Positions 1 through 7,992 of a stretch of 29,687 nt of DNA are shown piece after piece. The notes beneath the pieces were generated by a model. It saw only the letters and a list, made by a program, of their open reading frames with translations. It had not been told where the DNA came from and did not search any database. The first letter of the stretch is position 1. Each line of letters starts with the position of its first letter. Position numbers and translations under genes: made by a program. Origin of the DNA: a virus (Duplodnaviria; Caudoviricetes); the IMG/VR virus record IMGVR_UViG_3300043185_000108, positions 1 to 29,687 of that record; one strand, written 5' to 3'.

Positions 1-406
1 GGCAGATCTCGACGCCGTGGTAGAAGCCGTTCAGCGCCAGGTTCTGCGGCAGGTAGGTTTCGGTGAGGATCGGGTTGGGTTCGCAGGCGACGACGCGGCC
101 GGTCGGACCGCAGGCGCCGGCCATCAACAGGGTGTAGTAGCCGTAGTTCGCGCCGACATCGACGCACCAGCAGCCTGGCTGCAGATGGCGGGCGATGGCG
201 AGCGTCACCCACGACTCCCAAAAACCGTCCAGCACCAGACGCGGGCCAAGCATCAGGTCGCGCGTATCCACAAAGGCCAGAAAGTCACCGAGCAGCCGGC
301 ACAGGAGGCGGTGGTCTCCGTAATAGACGCCGGCGGCGTGTTGGCGACTATGGACCTCCAGGTCCAATCGGCTGGCTCGCAGAAAACTTGAGAGAGGCAT
401 GGTCAT
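1..406 (-). CDS. FkbM-family SAM-dependent methyltransferase (runs off window start; absent from the ORF track)
   Basis: Manual translation from ATG at 406: MTMPLSSFLRASRLDLE...GFWESWVT...CVDVGANYGYYTLLMAGACGPTGRVVACEPNP. DVGAN-G-Y and EPNP are FkbM motifs. ATGA overlap with the stop of the upstream glycosyltransferase. Confidence 0.85.
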   Translation of the reverse strand, partial: MTMPLSSFLRASRLDLEVHSRQHAAGVYYGDHRLLCRLLGDFLAFVDTRDLMLGPRLVLDGFWESWVTLAIARHLQPGCWCVDVGANYGYYTLLMAGACGPTGRVVACEPNPILTETYLPQNLALNGFYHGVEIC

Positions 407-1743
407 TTCTCCAGGGGAATGAACTCGATGGGCATCCGCTCGTGTTCGAGCCATTGGCCCGTCCACACGGCGTCGCCATTACGTTGCAGGTGACAGGTGG
501 GCCGGTCCAACCGGCTCAAGGTCAGGATGGTCACGCCGTCGTCGATGTTGATGTCCCAGCGCCGTTCGCAATCAGCCGCGCCTTCGCCGACCCGGCCCGC
601 CGGTTCCAGGAGGACGGGCCGCTCATCGTGGCCGACGCGGCGGTACAGAAAACGCCGGCCGGTCAGCTCGGCGATGACCCGCTGTTCCGCGGGCGTCGGG
701 TCGAGGTTGTGCCAGAGGACGCCATCCCAGCGCTTGCGCAGGTCGGCCACGAAGTTGAAGCAGAGTTCCTCATTCGCCAGGGAATTGTTCCGGCGGTTGC
801 CGCCGCCGAGCTTCCATTTGTCCTGGCAGCGGTGATTGAACATCTGCTGGTCCCGGAAGTCCCACTGCACGATGGTGTGCTGATTCCAGCCGGGTGCTTT
901 GCTCGGCATGGCGTAGTCGCTGCCGAGCTTGCGCCAGCCGAGGTGGAAGCATTCCTTGTCGCCGTACACGACTCGAAACACGAAGTCCGAGTGCTCGGCG
1001 TACCACAGCGCCATGCGGAGTTCGCTCCAGCACCGGGTCTTGTTGATCAGGTATTGGCCGCTCTCGAACGCCACTTCGCTTTGCCAGCGGGCGGCGACCT
1101 CCGGGATGTCGAAGATTTCCCACACGTCGCGTTTGAGTTGCCAGCAGGCGTAGTCGGGCCAGAAGATCGCTCCCTTCTCCAGGTACTCGGGCCAGGTGAA
1201 GACCTCGGTCACGTCGCGGCACGGCCCGCAGTCGGCATCGAGGAACAGCACCTCCTCGAACGGGGAGTGCAGCGTGGAAAACGGCTTCAACTCCCAGCCG
1301 CAGAGAATGCGACACGGATGCTCCTTTTCGACCTGGCGGGCATCGACGCACTCGACGCCGAGCGGCTTCAGGAGCCGGCGCAGATACGGATCGATCTCGC
1401 CCTTCCCCAGATGCCAGAGTTGGATCGGCAACGTGCAGCCGAAGTGGCGGATCAGGTGGACCCCAACCCAGACGCTGGGGAAGTACTTCAGCCCGCCGCC
1501 GGCAATGACGATGCCGCGCCCCTCCGCGTAGGCGTGCCGGCCCGGCGTCAGGCTGTCGGCGAAGCGCCGGGCCATGACGCGGAGCGCCTCGTTGACGTTC
1601 GGCCACGCCGCCCAGCCGTTGGGCCAGGGACCGGGCGGGGCGCTTTCGATCAGGCGGATCATGTCCTCGACCGACAGGTCCTGCGTCGCCGAGTCGCACT
1701 TCGTCCAGTCGATGGCTGCCTTCTCTTGAAGGGTGGTGCTCAT
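403..1743 (-). CDS. Glycosyltransferase, GT71/Mnn2-like alpha-mannosyltransferase family, with extra C-terminal domain
   Basis: Motifs GRGIVIAGGG, IRHFGCTLPIQLW, K-FSTLHSPFEEVLFLDAD (DxD), FWPDY, ESGQYLINK and YGDKECF occur in the conserved order of GT71 blocks. Confidence 0.8.
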   Translation of the reverse strand: MSTTLQEKAAIDWTKCDSATQDLSVEDMIRLIESAPPGPWPNGWAAWPNVNEALRVMARRFADSLTPGRHAYAEGRGIVIAGGGLKYFPSVWVGVHLIRHFGCTLPIQLWHLGKGEIDPYLRRLLKPLGVECVDARQVEKEHPCRILCGWELKPFSTLHSPFEEVLFLDADCGPCRDVTEVFTWPEYLEKGAIFWPDYACWQLKRDVWEIFDIPEVAARWQSEVAFESGQYLINKTRCWSELRMALWYAEHSDFVFRVVYGDKECFHLGWRKLGSDYAMPSKAPGWNQHTIVQWDFRDQQMFNHRCQDKWKLGGGNRRNNSLANEELCFNFVADLRKRWDGVLWHNLDPTPAEQRVIAELTGRRFLYRRVGHDERPVLLEPAGRVGEGAADCERRWDINIDDGVTILTLSRLDRPTCHLQRNGDAVWTGQWLEHERMPIEFIPLEK

Positions 1744-2852
1744 AGAGGCTCCCAGTTGAGGTTGAACTCCCAGAACGCGCCGACGTGGTACGCGCCGTCA
1801 ATCGTGCTGGCGTCCAGCTCGATCAGGTGCTCGCCGGGCGGCAGGTCGATGAAGCCGCTGGGCGTGACCGTGGTCATGGCGCAGCCGAGACCTTCGCCCA
1901 CCGAGCCGCCCATCGCGACTGGCATCCCGTTGACGCGTGCAGACGCTTGCTCGTAGCCGAAGTCCTGGCGCTCGACGACGCCGACCATGCTGATGGTCAG
2001 CCGCATGGGGACGCAGATGCAGACCTGCCGGGTCGCGGTGCCCGATTGGGTGCTCCCGTTCGGCCCTCCGCAGTTCTGCGAGTCCTCGAACGAGATGCGG
2101 AGGGACCAACCATCGCCGGTCCAGGTTGCGCCGCTGAAGGCCGTCTTCTGCCAGGGGTATTCGGGGCAGGCGCACGAACCGCTCGGCAACCCAGTGCCAA
2201 GGGAACCGCTGACGCCGGAACTGCCCCCTGAGCTACTCGGTGCGGACGCGCTGCCGATTCCAGAACCACCCGGAAGCGAACCTCCGGGCAATGAGCCGCC
2301 CGGCAGTGAGCCGCTACCGACGCCCGAACCTGGAACCGAACCGCCGCCAGACGAAAGGCCACTGCTGGCCCCCGAAGCGCCAGGTGGTCCCGAGCTGGGC
2401 ACGGAGCCGCTTGCGCCGGGCACGGACCCCGATTGCACGCCAGACCCCGTGCCGCTCGCTGAACCGCTGCCCACCGCGCCCGAGCCGCTGGCGGACCCAG
2501 CCTGCGAGCCGGCACCCGATCCCGAGACCGCACCGCTGCCGGACTGTGCGCCGCTGGCTACACCCGAGGACGAGCCCGCCTGGCCGCTTGGCGACGAACC
2601 GACGCCGCTGGATGCGCCGGAGCCTGATGCCAATCCTGACTGGGTCGTCGATCCCGAGGCCGAACCTGGGCCGGATGCGCTGCCCGGCGCGCTGGCCCCG
2701 GACGATTCGCTCACTCCACCGGAAACTCCTGAAGAACCCGATGCGACGCCGGCGCTCCCGCTCTGCGACCCGCTTGCACCGGAACTGCCGCTGACTCCCG
2801 AAACCTCGCCGCTTGATCCGCTGCCGGACGTGCCGCTCGATGAACCCGCCAA
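1740..2852 (-). CDS. Ser/Gly-rich low-complexity protein with Cys-containing C-terminal beta domain (possible virion or surface fibre; 5' end uncertain)
   Basis: About 225 aa of S/G/A/P/V followed by a globular domain (CACPEYPW...FWEFNLNWEPL). ATGA overlap with the GT gene. TTG start lacks a clear RBS. Confidence 0.65.
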   Translation of the reverse strand: MAGSSSGTSGSGSSGEVSGVSGSSGASGSQSGSAGVASGSSGVSGGVSESSGASAPGSASGPGSASGSTTQSGLASGSGASSGVGSSPSGQAGSSSGVASGAQSGSGAVSGSGAGSQAGSASGSGAVGSGSASGTGSGVQSGSVPGASGSVPSSGPPGASGASSGLSSGGGSVPGSGVGSGSLPGGSLPGGSLPGGSGIGSASAPSSSGGSSGVSGSLGTGLPSGSCACPEYPWQKTAFSGATWTGDGWSLRISFEDSQNCGGPNGSTQSGTATRQVCICVPMRLTISMVGVVERQDFGYEQASARVNGMPVAMGGSVGEGLGCAMTTVTPSGFIDLPPGEHLIELDASTIDGAYHVGAFWEFNLNWEPL

Positions 2853-3154
2853 CGACCCAGCGCATCAGAAAGCGCTACGCCGGCTTGGGCCCGGAGCCCG
2901 AGCCGGGAGCCGAGCGTTGAACAATCCCGGTGCCGAGCGAAGTGTGTCTCTGCGAGAGGCCGCGTTGCTGAGCTACGCCGAAGGTGGATCACAAGAACGT
3001 GACGACCGCCGCCGGGATTATTTTTTTCACTTGACAATCAGACCCTGAGAGCCGTTAGCCAGCCCCCAGCGCCCCAACCAAAAAAGTGTATCAAACCACC
3101 GTCTTCGGGTAGTATTAAGTTAGAGGGCAACGGTCGCACCAGAAAGGCAAGGTC

Positions 3155-4453
3155 ATGGCGGCAAGCCAGATAAGCGGCGTCATCCAACACCTTCGCAGAA
3201 CGGTACTTCAGCGGGACGGTGCGGGGCTGACCGATGGACAACTCCTGACGGAATACCTCAGCAGCCGTGACGAGGCGGCTCTTGCAGCCCTTGTGCGTCG
3301 GCATGGTTCGATGGTCTGGGGCGTGTGCCGCCGTGTCCTCCGCAACCACCACGATGCCGAGGACGCCTTCCAGGCGACCTTTCTGGTGTTCGTCCGCAAG
3401 GCGGCGTCGATTGCCACGAGGGAGTTGGTGGCCAACTGGCTCTACGGGGTGGCACTCCAGACGGCGCTCAAGGCGAGGGCGACCGCCGCCAAACGGAAGG
3501 AGCGAGAAAGACAGGTGATGGAGATGCCCGAACCAGCCGTGACGGAAGATGCCCTGTGGCGTGATTTCCAACCCTTGCTGGATGAAGAGTTGAGCCGCTT
3601 GCCTGACAAGTATCGTGCCGTCATCGTCCTGTGTGATCTGGAAGGCAAGACCCGCAAGGAGGCGGCTGGGCAACTCGGCGTGCCGGAAGGGACGGTTGGC
3701 GGGTGGCTGGCGCGGGCGCGGGCGATGCTGGCGAAGCGGCTGACTCAGCGTGGCGTAGCCCTGTCGGGTGGGGCGTTGGCGGCGGTGCTGTCGCACAAGG
3801 TGGCGTCGGCGGGCGTGCCGACCTCGGTGGTGTGTTCCACAATCAAAGCCGCAACTCTGTTTGCGGCAGGGCAAGCGGCGGCTGCGGGAGCGATCTCGGT
3901 CACGGTCGCCGCGCTGACAGAAGGAGTGCTCAAAACCATGCTGGTGACGAAACTGAAAACCCTCTCGGTGGTGCTGATGGTTGCCGTGGTCGGCATGATG
4001 GCGTTGGGGGTCGGAGCGACGGCCCTAATCGCCGAGCCGCCAGAGGCGAAGCAGGCGGATCGGGACACGCCCAAGCAGAAGGATGACACCATGAACGGCA
4101 ACAAGGCGCGGACGGTGCTGACCCCCGAGGAGGCGATCAAGCAGATGCCGAAAGAGCAGGTCACGGTGGAGTTCACGGTCAAGAGGGCTGCCATCAGCCC
4201 CAACCCTGCCTTCGTCCCCGAAGGGGGAGAGGTTGATGACATTTGGCTGGAATACGGCGACAGGTTCTACGTCACTCTCGCACGCAAAGCCGTCACGCAT
4301 GTCAAGCGGCTCGGCATCGAACCCAGCGTGTTCTTCCGTGACAAGCTGATCCGTGTGACGGGACGTATCTGGCCTGAGCAAGAGGCTGCGGGCAAGGACA
4401 CTCGCTACAGAATATGGATCGACAGCCTCGATCAGCTGGAGGTCGTGAAGTAG
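3155..4453 (+). CDS. Planctomycete-type ECF sigma-70 factor with C-terminal extension (TM helix plus putative OB-fold domain), ECF57-like
   Basis: Region 2 LVRRHGSMVWGVCRRVLRNHHDAEDAFQATFLV and region 4 LPDKYRAVIVLCDLEGKTRKEAAGQLGVPEGTV; Ala-rich linker; hydrophobic LSVVLMVAVVGMMALGVGATALIA. Confidence 0.9.
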   Translation: MAASQISGVIQHLRRTVLQRDGAGLTDGQLLTEYLSSRDEAALAALVRRHGSMVWGVCRRVLRNHHDAEDAFQATFLVFVRKAASIATRELVANWLYGVALQTALKARATAAKRKERERQVMEMPEPAVTEDALWRDFQPLLDEELSRLPDKYRAVIVLCDLEGKTRKEAAGQLGVPEGTVGGWLARARAMLAKRLTQRGVALSGGALAAVLSHKVASAGVPTSVVCSTIKAATLFAAGQAAAAGAISVTVAALTEGVLKTMLVTKLKTLSVVLMVAVVGMMALGVGATALIAEPPEAKQADRDTPKQKDDTMNGNKARTVLTPEEAIKQMPKEQVTVEFTVKRAAISPNPAFVPEGGEVDDIWLEYGDRFYVTLARKAVTHVKRLGIEPSVFFRDKLIRVTGRIWPEQEAAGKDTRYRIWIDSLDQLEVVK

Positions 4454-5216
4454 CGGCAACGCGGGTCAGCCACTGGACGATAGCCTGGAGCGTCGGGGCC
4501 AGCGCCGCACCGACCATGAACGCGACCTGTTTGAGTGACCGCCACAGGCTGGAGAGCGCGTCGCCGAACGCCTCGGCCGCCTGGGCGTCCTCGGTACTCA
4601 TGGTCAGACCGAGGCTGTTCGCTTCGCGGCGCAGGTCCTGAATGCCCTGAGCGCCGGTGGAGAGGAGCGGCAGCAGGCTGGCCCTGGTGCGTCCGAAGAT
4701 CTCCATCGCAATCGTGGCGAGGTTGGCCGGGTTCTGGATGCGCGACAGGCGGTCGGCGATCAGCTCGAACTGCTGGTCGGGCGAGAGGCCGTTCAGATCG
4801 GCGATGGTCAGGCCCAGACGAGCCAGGTTCTGCCGGGCCGAGGCGGAGCCACGCGCCGCCTCGATGATGTTCCGGCTCATCGTGCGGAGTCCCTTCTCCA
4901 GGTTCTCCGCGCCGGAACCGGACTGCTCGGCGGCGTACCGCAGCTCGGACAGCGCCTCGACGGCGACGCCGGTGCGCTGAGACATGTCGAGCATGTCGCT
5001 GCCCATGTCGGCGAACAGCTTGGCCGCGCCCAGGAAGGGAAGGGCAAGAGTCACGCCCAGGCCCGCGAGCCTGGCCCCCAGCGCGGTGATACTCGCGCCG
5101 AACGCCTTCAGTCTTGCGGACGCGGCGTTGAGCCCCTTGACGAGCCGACTGTCCCGGACGAACAGCTCGACGTAGGCGGCACCCGCGCGAATACCCGAAG
5201 CAGCGGCCATCGTCAT
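4451..5216 (-). pseudogene. Phage tail tape measure protein, 3'-truncated
   Basis: N-terminus AYVELFVRD and helical Ala-rich segments (LDMSQRTGVAVEALSELRYAAEQSG, LSPDQQFELIADRL). The TMP-like sequence ends at ...QWLTRVAAT, after which the ORF is only antisense read-through into the ECF gene to 4302. Confidence 0.8.
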
Positions 5217-5623
5217 CTCCGGTCCACAAACACTTGCTTCAGCACGTCGATCGGCACCTTGCGCACGGCAAGCTCACGCCGGCGGTGGTAGGGGTTGAAA
5301 TCCGCTGGTCTGTACGGAGCGGGCTTTTTGCGATGGTCACGGTGGACGTTGGCGGTGAGCGCCAACTGAGCCGACGTGTGCGCCCAGCGCTCGCGGCTCC
5401 GAGCCTCGGCCATCAGGCAGAGTTCTCGGAGGGTGAAGGGGCCGGGGTCGATGCCGAGGACTCCGGCGCAATGCCAAATGAGCGCAACAACTTGTTCGCT
5501 TCGCGGTCGGCGTCGAAGGTCTCCAGCACCTTCTCGGCCCGGACCATCAGCCGGTCGCGGACCTTGCGGCTTTCGGACACGATCTTCCGCAGGCTGCTCT
5601 GCGCCCTCGCTTCGGGGAAAAAA
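5213..5623 (-). CDS. Tail assembly chaperone gpT-like segment (probably reached by -1 frameshift)
   Basis: Open -1 frame between the chaperone gene and TMP; C-terminal part IWHCAGVLGIDPGPFTLRELCLMAEAR...DFNPY resembles gpT segments; stop overlaps the TMP start. Confidence 0.6.
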   Translation of the reverse strand, partial: FFPRSEGAEQPAEDRVRKPQGPRPADGPGREGAGDLRRRPRSEQVVALIWHCAGVLGIDPGPFTLRELCLMAEARSRERWAHTSAQLALTANVHRDHRKKPAPYRPADFNPYHRRRELAVRKVPIDVLKQVFVDRR

Positions 5624-5913
5624 TCGATCAGTTCCTCCAGGAAGGCGTCGGTCGCCAGGGTGATGGCATCGCCCGCCAGCGCCCGGCCGAAGTCCTCGTC
5701 GGTGATCTGCTTGGCGTCGGCCTCGTCCTTGCACAGGCAATACAACACGTCGGCGAGCATCACCGGGTCGCCGACGAGCGCGCCGAGCGGCTTGAAGCCG
5801 TCGTCCACCAGCTTGTAGAGATCGACGTTGAGCAAGCCTCGCACCCGCTTGATCGCCGCCACGTTGATGGCGATGGTCCAGGTCCGGCCGGCGTTGTCGT
5901 TGAAGGTACGCAT
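5413..5913 (-). CDS. Tail assembly chaperone (gpG-like)
   Basis: Lies between tail tube and TMP; AGGAG RBS; contains the IDFFP motif over a T6 run. Confidence 0.7.
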   Translation of the reverse strand: MRTFNDNAGRTWTIAINVAAIKRVRGLLNVDLYKLVDDGFKPLGALVGDPVMLADVLYCLCKDEADAKQITDEDFGRALAGDAITLATDAFLEELIDFFPEARAQSSLRKIVSESRKVRDRLMVRAEKVLETFDADREANKLLRSFGIAPESSASTPAPSPSENSA

Positions 5914-5932
5914 GCGAACGGTTCTCCTTGGG

Positions 5933-6373
5933 TCACGGCACGATGATCCAGGCCGGAGGCGTGACCGAGTACGTCGGCTTGACGGTGACGCTCACCGTGA
6001 TGGCTTCTTCCAGCGCCTCGTTGCGGCTGAAGTTGGTGACCATGCAGGTCGCCCGCAGGCCTTGCGAGCCGGACGCGGCGATGTCGCCGTCCATGACCGC
6101 AAACTCCATCGCCCCGCGATTGAGAAAGGTGTCGCGGATCGCGCCGAAGTCGTCGTCGGCCGTGTCCCAGACCATCTCGAACTCGATGGAGCCGTCCTTG
6201 AGCGTGGCCACGGTCGCGCGCCAGCCGGCGTTGCCGCGCGTGGTCACGTCGGCCTCGCCTGCTTCGAGGTTCAAGGTCACGTCTTTGACGTTGTGGATCT
6301 CGTTCCACACCGGGGCGGGGATAGTGCCGGTGTTGCGGTAGAGCTTGGCGTCGAGGCCGAGTTTGACTGCCAT
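5933..6373 (-). CDS. Major tail tube protein
   Basis: NVKDVTLNLEAGEADVTTR...W....ATLKDGSIEFEMVWD...VTNFSRNEALEEAITVSVTVKP, a siphovirus tube pattern; AGGAG RBS; synteny. Confidence 0.8.
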   Translation of the reverse strand: MAVKLGLDAKLYRNTGTIPAPVWNEIHNVKDVTLNLEAGEADVTTRGNAGWRATVATLKDGSIEFEMVWDTADDDFGAIRDTFLNRGAMEFAVMDGDIAASGSQGLRATCMVTNFSRNEALEEAITVSVTVKPTYSVTPPAWIIVP

Positions 6374-6385
6374 GAATGAGTCTCC

Positions 6386-6817
6386 TTAGCGAACCGAATC
6401 GCGCCACAGCGCCGACAGCTTGGGCTTTTCCGCTTCAAACGCCGGCTGCATGAACGGCCGGGGCCGGTAGCGCGCGTGTCGCTTCTTGCCGCGATCCTCG
6501 ATCACCGCGTCGCCGCCATGCTCCAGGAGGCGTGGCGCCGGCGAGCCTTCTTTCGTCAGCGTCGGCCCGATGACGACGCTCTTGCGCTGCGGGTCATAGG
6601 CGAACAGAATGAACTTCCGCAGCAATCCCACGTGCGAATAGGGCGGCGATCCGGGCGGGCTGGTCCCCTTGCGCTTGCGAATCGAGGTCTTGGCCCGCTG
6701 CCGCACGAACGCGCCGAACTTCGAGAACACCCGTCGCGTGCCGGCATCCACCGACCGCTTGACCTTCTCCCGGTCGAAGAAGCCGCCTTTCGCTGTCTGG
6801 AAGGTCATGCCGATCAT
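6386..6817 (-). CDS. Neck/tail completion protein (HK97 gp10-like)
   Basis: Basic protein with SPPGSPP, LLEHGG and RPRPFMQPAFE motifs; GGAGGTGA RBS; synteny. Confidence 0.7.
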   Translation of the reverse strand: MIGMTFQTAKGGFFDREKVKRSVDAGTRRVFSKFGAFVRQRAKTSIRKRKGTSPPGSPPYSHVGLLRKFILFAYDPQRKSVVIGPTLTKEGSPAPRLLEHGGDAVIEDRGKKRHARYRPRPFMQPAFEAEKPKLSALWRDSVR

Positions 6818-6820
6818 GCC

Positions 6821-7249
6821 TCACCTCCACACGCGGTAGGTCAGCGTGATGACGCTCGTGAACTGCCGGAACTCGTCCAGGTGTTCCAGCGAGTAAACCG
6901 GGACGTTCTCGACCTCGGTGGAGCGGGCTTGCGGGTAGCCGGCCAGCGGTTCCGACCGGAAGTGGTCGGCGATCTCCTCGACCAGTGCCATGAGCGCATC
7001 GAGGTTCCCCGGCGTCGGATCGAGCTTCTGCTGCACCGCCACGTCGATTCGGTAGTCGAAGCTGTCGCGGCTGCGGTCGAGCCCCTTGCTCGTCACCGAC
7101 CGGGGCACGACGCTCATGCGCAGTTCCGTCATCTCCGACAGCTCGAACTGCGGCTGGTAGTGCCGCTCGGCCGTCACCGGCTGGCTGAACGCGGTCGCGT
7201 TCAACTGGGCGACCACGGCGTCGGCGATGTCGAGGATCGTCGCGGACAC
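6821..7249 (-). CDS. Putative tail terminator protein
   Basis: Acidic 142-aa ORF between head-closure and neck genes; coupled to the upstream stop. Confidence 0.55.
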   Translation of the reverse strand: MSATILDIADAVVAQLNATAFSQPVTAERHYQPQFELSEMTELRMSVVPRSVTSKGLDRSRDSFDYRIDVAVQQKLDPTPGNLDALMALVEEIADHFRSEPLAGYPQARSTEVENVPVYSLEHLDEFRQFTSVITLTYRVWR

Positions 7250-7629
7250 TACTCGACTCCCACTTGCTTGGTGTGAATCCGCAGGAGCTTGCGGTACACG
7301 TCCGACCAGCGCCAGGGCGGCTCCTTGCCGGGGGCCATCACCTCGTACACGAACGTTTTGGTTCCGACCGTTTCCCGAATCCTGTCGCCTCGCTCAGGCA
7401 GCACGGCCCCCGCGCCCAAGACGAGGGCCGCCGCCTGGATCAGGAAATCGCGGTCGGTCCACTCCATCCGCACGCCGCCGTAGCCGTCGTTCAGCTTGAG
7501 CAACGTCCGTCCGATGGTCGCTTGTACCGCGACCTCGTCGGCCCCACGGCGGTAGATCACCGGCCGCGAGACGTGTTCCTTCAACTGGTCGGCGAGCCAG
7601 TCCGAGCCGGTTTGCAAGAGGTCGGGCAT
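7249..7629 (-). CDS. Head-tail joining/closure protein (gpFII-like)
   Basis: Beta-rich, RDFLI...LPERGDRI motif; synteny after the capsid decoration gene. Confidence 0.6.
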   Translation of the reverse strand: MPDLLQTGSDWLADQLKEHVSRPVIYRRGADEVAVQATIGRTLLKLNDGYGGVRMEWTDRDFLIQAAALVLGAGAVLPERGDRIRETVGTKTFVYEVMAPGKEPPWRWSDVYRKLLRIHTKQVGVE

Positions 7630-7636
7630 GGCGGCC

Positions 7637-7966
7637 TCACTGGGTCATGCGGACGCGAACCGTGGCGTCCGCTGCCGCCGCGGCGCGGACGACCTTGCCG
7701 AGTTGCTTGTTGCCGGCCGCCACGTTCGTGGCGACGTTGGCGGCATCGTCCCAGTACACGATGGTCCCAACCGGCAGGACGAGGGCCGCGAGCTTGGCGA
7801 AGTCGAACACGCCGCACACGGCCAGCGCGCCGAGCTTGTTCGCCTTAATGTCCAGCTTGGCGATGCCGATCAGGTCCACCTGCACGACCACGTCGCCTGC
7901 GGCCACGTCCGCCGCCGGGGTGTAGTCGATGGACTGGCCGTCCTGCACGAAAGTCGCTTGAGGCAT
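7637..7966 (-). CDS. DUF2190-family capsid cement/decoration protein
   Basis: FVQDGQSIDYTPAADVAAGDVVV...GVFDFAK...VYWD...VRVRM signature; directly after the capsid gene; AGGAG RBS. Confidence 0.85.
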   Translation of the reverse strand: MPQATFVQDGQSIDYTPAADVAAGDVVVQVDLIGIAKLDIKANKLGALAVCGVFDFAKLAALVLPVGTIVYWDDAANVATNVAAGNKQLGKVVRAAAAADATVRVRMTQ

Positions 7967-7992
7967 GGGTCTGTCTCCTTGGGTTCAATGCT

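Noticed and set aside
388-1956. 522-aa plus-strand ORF (and 17-391)
   Set aside because: Antisense shadows of the glycosyltransferase and FkbM genes; no motifs; expected in GC-rich DNA.
2880-2906. 11-bp hairpin ccggcttgggc-ccgga-gcccgagccgg
   Set aside because: No U tract; plausible by chance in GC-rich, GS-coding-like sequence.
1987-3048. Pro/Glu-rich 353-aa plus-strand ORF
   Set aside because: Mirror of the Gly/Ser codons on the minus strand; the minus ORF is the one coupled to the operon.
3031-3120. Perfect TTGACA at 3031 and AT-rich tract before the ECF gene
   Set aside because: No acceptable -10 at 16-18 bp from the TTGACA; a promoter is likely nearby but cannot be placed.
4302-4450. 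C-terminal 50 aa of the TMP ORF
   Set aside because: Antisense read-through into the ECF gene, not TMP-like.
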